Shown: in pieces, positions 6,756 through 10,614 of the stretch | How the letters are laid out: each line of letters starts with the position of its first letter | Numbering within the stretch: position 1 is the stretch's first letter | Origin: an uncultured bacterium | GTDB taxonomy: Bacteria; CSSED10-310; CAZUFC01 | Assembly (NCBI GenBank): GCA_964619725.1 | Contig: CAZUFC010000205.1 | Span: forward strand, 1 to 10,614 | DNA: 10,614 nt | Reading direction: 5' to 3' | Program-made: the position numbers and the translations under genes | Notes under the pieces: model-generated | Databases searched by the model: none | Told to the model about the DNA's origin: nothing | The model's input: the letters and a program-made list of their open reading frames with translations, nothing else

Positions 6756-6920
6756 TTCTTACTCCTTTCCTTTTCTAACCATGAAAAAAAATAACGGGAA
6801 ACGTGCCTAATGCTCCTCAATTCAAAGCCTGGAATACTCTCGTTTCCTGGATGATTGAAAAACTTTGTCTCGCACGCCTCCACCCCATTCATGAAGGTTG
6901 ACTGCATCAACAACATTAAA

Positions 6921-6949
6921 ATTTTAACTTAAAAAATTAGAAAAGTAAA
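6921..6949 (-). promoter_or_regulatory. Possible sigma70 promoter for the 6755->3248 operon
   Basis: Minus strand reads TTTACT-17 nt-TAAAAT. The region is very AT-rich, so a chance match is possible. Confidence 0.35.
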
Positions 6950-7112
6950 TTTTTCAAAAAAATTTTTGCGGTAAATGCAGAACACTTGACAAGGCTGTCA
7001 CAATCTATTGGAAAAAATGCTTTTCTATGGTTTAAAACAGCTTCCATTTTTGATTTAATCAACGGACCCGGTAAGGGGGAATTTTGTACGCCGATTTTTT
7101 GATTGGCTCATC

Positions 7113-7158
7113 CATTCAAACGTTTTTGGAAAAAGTTTGACCCCGGTTTGACCGGACC
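7113..7158 (+). repeat. Right-end fragment of the MITE-like repeat (copy E)
   Basis: tcaaacgtttttggaaaaagtttgaccccggtttgaccggacc resembles tcaaaagttttgaaagaattgtaaccccggtttgatcagtcc (1489-1530). Confidence 0.5.
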
Positions 7159-7443
7159 CAGCAAAATAATTGAAATAGAAGCTTTGATCTTTTACTCTGT
7201 TATTCTGCGGAACGATCTGGTTCCGAAAATGACAAAAGAATACTGATTTATAACATCAAACGCAGATTGTCTCAATGACTTTATTATTGGCGATGGAGAT
7301 TTAAAAAGGGCATATGTGCTATTCCATAAAAATAATGCGAACTCCGAAAGAAAACGCAAGAGGGAATAGATCATTTCAGCTTTGGGAGAATTAATAAGGT
7401 CATTAATGAGTGTATGTTTTAAATTGAGCGAGGTAAGAGACGA

Positions 7444-8013
7444 ATGACAGGAACGAAAGCTTTTCTATTTCAACTGGGGTTTACTTTGTTTCCGCTTCTT
7501 TTCATTTTCGGCGGCTTGCACTTGATGAAGACTTATGAGAAAAGGCGCCGGTTAAGGGTTTATCCGAAGTCCGGACACGGCTGCTTAATGGTTGCTCTTG
7601 CCGGACTCATTATGGCGTTTCTGGTAGTTCGATTCTTCGGTCAGGTTTATATTCACGTTTCATTGGGAGGAACTGAATCTCATGACGTCGAATATATGCA
7701 AGTATACGACGTAAAGATAAGCGAACCGGAGGATTTGGAGCGCATGTCGGAGGCGATACGTGATAATCAATGGTTCATGTCGAACCGCAGAAGCAGAAAC
7801 AGGCAGGGGATTCTTTTGATCAGACATAAAAACGGAGAGGAAGAGCTTTATCCTCTTTATTACTACAGGCAGAAGAACGGAGCCTGGATCACGATAAGTT
7901 CGGGATCAGGCGGATCAGGTTGGCGTTACGGGGCCATATTTTTTCCTCGTCTGCCTGAGGCGCTGAACGAGATAGGAGTTCCATTTCCACGGGAAAGCGA
8001 CAAGGATGGGTGA
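7444..8013 (+). CDS. Hypothetical membrane protein (two N-terminal hydrophobic helices plus a soluble domain)
   Basis: 189-aa ORF with an RBS-like gagg upstream; hydrophobic segments FLFQLGFTLFPLLFIFGGL and CLMVALAGLIMAFLVVRFF flank a basic loop. Confidence 0.75.
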   Translation: MTGTKAFLFQLGFTLFPLLFIFGGLHLMKTYEKRRRLRVYPKSGHGCLMVALAGLIMAFLVVRFFGQVYIHVSLGGTESHDVEYMQVYDVKISEPEDLERMSEAIRDNQWFMSNRRSRNRQGILLIRHKNGEEELYPLYYYRQKNGAWITISSGSGGSGWRYGAIFFPRLPEALNEIGVPFPRESDKDG

Positions 8014-8022
8014 TTAGTGAAG

Positions 8023-8355
8023 GAGGCATTGATCAAATACCGGTGTTTCGAGGTTGCCGTTTTCACATCCTTGAACAATTGAGAAACCTTGAAAAACTGA
8101 GAAAGTCGAAACACGACTGTTGGTAATTAATTATTCCGATGCCGAGCGCGATGCCTATCCCGATCCCGATTGCGATACCGACCCCGACCCCGATGCCGAT
8201 ACTGATGCCGATCCCGATTGCGATACCGATCCCGACCCCGATGCCTACGCCGCTGCTGATTCTGATACCGAAAAAAGCGTTGCTTGATGAAAAAACAGCG
8301 GTGAGTTCATCAAACAAATAGTTATGGAAGTTTTTTATAGGGATTGCAATCAGTC
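8023..8355 (+). repeat. Dispersed MITE-like repeat, copy F (longest hexamer core, ~8136-8272)
   Basis: The 5' part aligns with 1146-1215 (aggcattgatcaaata..gtgttt..ggtt..gaacaattga); long CGAnnn array; degenerate right end. Confidence 0.8.
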
Positions 8356-8429
8356 AGATATTTAAAAATTAAAAAGCGTTTCCCTGCTTTGAACAGTCCC
8401 GGCATGGGTTATGGCTGAAACGTGTAAAT

Positions 8430-8470
8430 AACTCGATTCCAAATCCAAACTTGAATGCTGGACAGACGCC
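8430..8470 (+). repeat. Second repeat family, degenerate copy
   Basis: aactcgattccaaatccaaacttgaatgctggacag resembles 10551-10586; aatgctggacag is identical. Confidence 0.5.
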
Positions 8471-8696
8471 GGTTAAGTTATTAATTTGAACAATGTGTCC
8501 TCGGAGAAGTTCAAATTGGGTTTTATAGAATAGGTCCAGAGGATGAGACCCTCCAGTCGGCCGCATTCAAAGAAGCCCGATCCGCGATACGCTGATCCTG
8601 TTTCAGCGGACAGCGTTTAATCCATGAGGTGTGAGTCCAGGTATTTTTTTATTCCGTAATCAGATATTCGAATGGTTCAGAGAGGATTACCCAGGA

Positions 8697-10220
8697 TTAT
8701 CTTCCGGGTCCGTATCGCCATTCAACGATGGCCATTTCGCCTGAGATTTCTGATAGTTCCTGATTAAGCATCGCTCCGTAGAAGAAGAGTCCCGACATGG
8801 ACTCTTCGCCTGTATCCGGCCATAGGAAGGGTTCGATGACGGTTATCGTTGTCGTGCCTGTAGGAATAGTCATGGTCTTATAGTCAAATTCGTCATATTC
8901 CGGGGGATGAAAACAGGTCCAGGAGTCCCAGAAGTAATAGCGGCCATAAACGTCCAGGACGAAGAAAACGGGGAGGTTCATAACGGGCGCACCGGGATTG
9001 TCCAGAAATCCTGTGACTTGGAAGAGTTCACCGGGGTGAGCTTCAACCGGCATTTCGATTCTTACGCCGAAGGGATGAGCACCGGGCGTCGGAGTCGGCG
9101 ACAGATGCTGAAAATGAAAAAGTTCGATATCCACGCGCATCAAACCTCGATAGAATATTTCAACGGCCAGGATGGAGCCGTCCGGACTCCAGGAATGATC
9201 GCTGACGCATACTCCGCCGGCTGTAAATTCGGGATAACCCGGATCATTATAATGAGTGAGTTTTCTTTTGTCTGATCCATCGGTATTCATGATCCAGAGG
9301 TCGGTATTGAGCCATTCGACATGGCGGCAATTATCGTAGTTAATTTCATATCCTGTTGTGGTCATCCAGGTCACGGCGTCTCCCAGGGGAGAAATTTTAC
9401 CGTGTTCATCCCATTCATCCGGTTCGCCGAAGAAACCCGATGTTTCCGTTAATCGTGTCGTCTCGCCAGTTTCCAAGATCATGCACCCGAAATCCATGGT
9501 TCGGTCATCCTGAGCCTCCAGAGGCGCATAAGAAAAATAAATGCCCGCATCATCCAAAGTCCAGTCCTGTGTTTCATACCACTCAGTCGATTCGCCCGGT
9601 TCGTAATACTCAAAATTACTGAATCCCGGATTCGATTCATCGAAATCAGCAACGACTATGCGCCAGTCGCCGTAACAACCGCCGGCGCCTTCCAGATCGC
9701 CCCACAGAATGCGGTCGCCCCGTCGCGAAAAATGAGGATGAAGACTGCCTCCGGGCGGATTGCCGGAGTGAACGTTAGTCATTTTATGGACCTGATAGGG
9801 TTCAGTCGATTTCAGGTCCATAACGTACAGATCATTATAAACGCCTTTGCCTGGAGTCGTCAGCGACGTTTCAGGATGTTCAGCCATCTCCGACTGAAAA
9901 AGCAGAAACCGCCCGCCGGGATGATAGGCGGGATTGCCTGTGCTCTTGTTGGGCAAAGAAGGATGATCGCATGTCAGGCATTCATTGCCTGTTCCGTCCG
10001 GCCGAATGCGGTATACATCGTGATAACCGTCGGCGCCTCGTTTGTCATACGCTATCCATTCTCCAGTCGCCGACCAGTCCAAACGGGCCGCCCGTTCAAG
10101 AAAATCCGTGATTTCTACAAGAACGTAATCTGATGCGCTGCTGTGACACTCTTCGTGAAAAACAGATGAATGAAGCGCCAAAGTCGTCAATGCCGTTAAT
10201 CCGATTAAAATTATTTTCAT
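8697..10220 (-). CDS. Secreted TolB-like (PD40/WD40-like) beta-propeller protein with a PT linker and a C-terminal domain of unknown function
   Basis: RBS-like gagagggg; signal peptide; propeller repeats WSATGEWIAY, VYRIRPDGT, PAYHPGGRFLLF, PHFSRRGDRILW, ISPLGDAVTW, LWIMNTDGSDKRKLT, SWSPDGS; SPTPTPG linker; ~125-aa terminal domain. Confidence 0.85.
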   Translation of the reverse strand: MKIILIGLTALTTLALHSSVFHEECHSSASDYVLVEITDFLERAARLDWSATGEWIAYDKRGADGYHDVYRIRPDGTGNECLTCDHPSLPNKSTGNPAYHPGGRFLLFQSEMAEHPETSLTTPGKGVYNDLYVMDLKSTEPYQVHKMTNVHSGNPPGGSLHPHFSRRGDRILWGDLEGAGGCYGDWRIVVADFDESNPGFSNFEYYEPGESTEWYETQDWTLDDAGIYFSYAPLEAQDDRTMDFGCMILETGETTRLTETSGFFGEPDEWDEHGKISPLGDAVTWMTTTGYEINYDNCRHVEWLNTDLWIMNTDGSDKRKLTHYNDPGYPEFTAGGVCVSDHSWSPDGSILAVEIFYRGLMRVDIELFHFQHLSPTPTPGAHPFGVRIEMPVEAHPGELFQVTGFLDNPGAPVMNLPVFFVLDVYGRYYFWDSWTCFHPPEYDEFDYKTMTIPTGTTTITVIEPFLWPDTGEESMSGLFFYGAMLNQELSEISGEMAIVEWRYGPGR

Positions 10221-10536
10221 TTTGTCCCCTCTCTTACAGATGCTAAAATCCGTTTACATTTGATACCAGAAAACTCATGAACCGTTAAAGCATGAATTAA
10301 CAGGCGCCGGGAAATACTTTTCCAAAACCTAAGTAATCCTGCGTTCTGCTTATGCCGGCCTTTTTCTCGCTTCAGGTACGAGTGAATGAAGAAAATTCAC
10401 TCCCCGTTTATCGGGGAGCAAAATTTGTTCCATGGTTGACGCATATGGAGGCATTAACATTACGGAACAGATATATTTTTTTGTATTTTAAACGCAGAGG
10501 CAAGCTGGACAATGATCCCGTCAATGATAATTAAAT

Positions 10537-10591
10537 AGTGCCTGTCCATAAACTCGAATCTCGATTCAAAATTTAATGCTGGACAGCCACT
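10537..10591. repeat. Second repeat family, complete 55-bp hairpin element (REP/MITE-like)
   Basis: Ends agtgcctgtcca and tggacagccact are an 11/12 inverted repeat; internal gaatc-tc-gattc palindrome. Confidence 0.75.
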
Positions 10592-10614
10592 TGGGTTTTT
10601 GATCCATAAACGGA

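Noticed and set aside
6986-7035. TTGACA as a plus-strand -35 box
   Set aside because: There is no convincing -10 element at 16-18 nt spacing.
8063-8321. ORFs encoding poly-(GI) and poly-(PI/PT) peptides
   Set aside because: These are artefacts of the stop-free hexamer array inside repeat copy F; similar arrays occur at 1257 and 1398 without ORFs.
8420-8480. Integron attC interpretation of the hairpin repeats (GTTAAGT near 8472, GTTAGCC near 2912)
   Set aside because: There is no matching RYYYAAC end with proper L-box pairing, the genes are not in uniform cassette orientation, and no integrase is present.
9960-9985. Heme c motif in the TolB-like protein (CLTCDH)
   Set aside because: The pattern is CxxCxH, not CxxCH.
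542-10534. Remaining short ORFs in the track (e.g. 542..742, 706..978, 3069..3464, 3485..3808, 4959..5207, 7192..7374, 8907..9275, 9732..10133, 10352..10534)
   Set aside because: They are shadow or overlapping frames of better-supported genes, or lack an RBS and any recognisable motif.

Overview
Bacterial accessory region with many decaying genes, AT-rich intergenic DNA and protein-coding genes mostly on the minus strand. It holds: the kinase half of a maltokinase (Mak/Pep2)-like gene with altered catalytic motifs; a secreted tail-fibre-like protein; a BNR/Asp-box beta-propeller gene broken by an internal deletion and frameshift; a small membrane protein; and a secreted TolB-like propeller with a Pro/Thr linker and a distinctive C-terminal domain. 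The intergenic DNA carries two dispersed repeat families: a MITE-like element with a variable CGAnnn hexamer core (about 6 whole or partial copies) and a 55-bp hairpin element (3 copies). The best novelty candidate is a complete sigma54-type promoter architecture (three 15-bp palindromic upstream sites, an IHF-like site and a GG-N10-GC box). It points into a ~280-nt GC-rich, stem-loop-dense stretch with no credible ORF, which suggests an unassigned, tightly regulated non-coding RNA. All family assignments come from motif recognition by eye; no searches were run.
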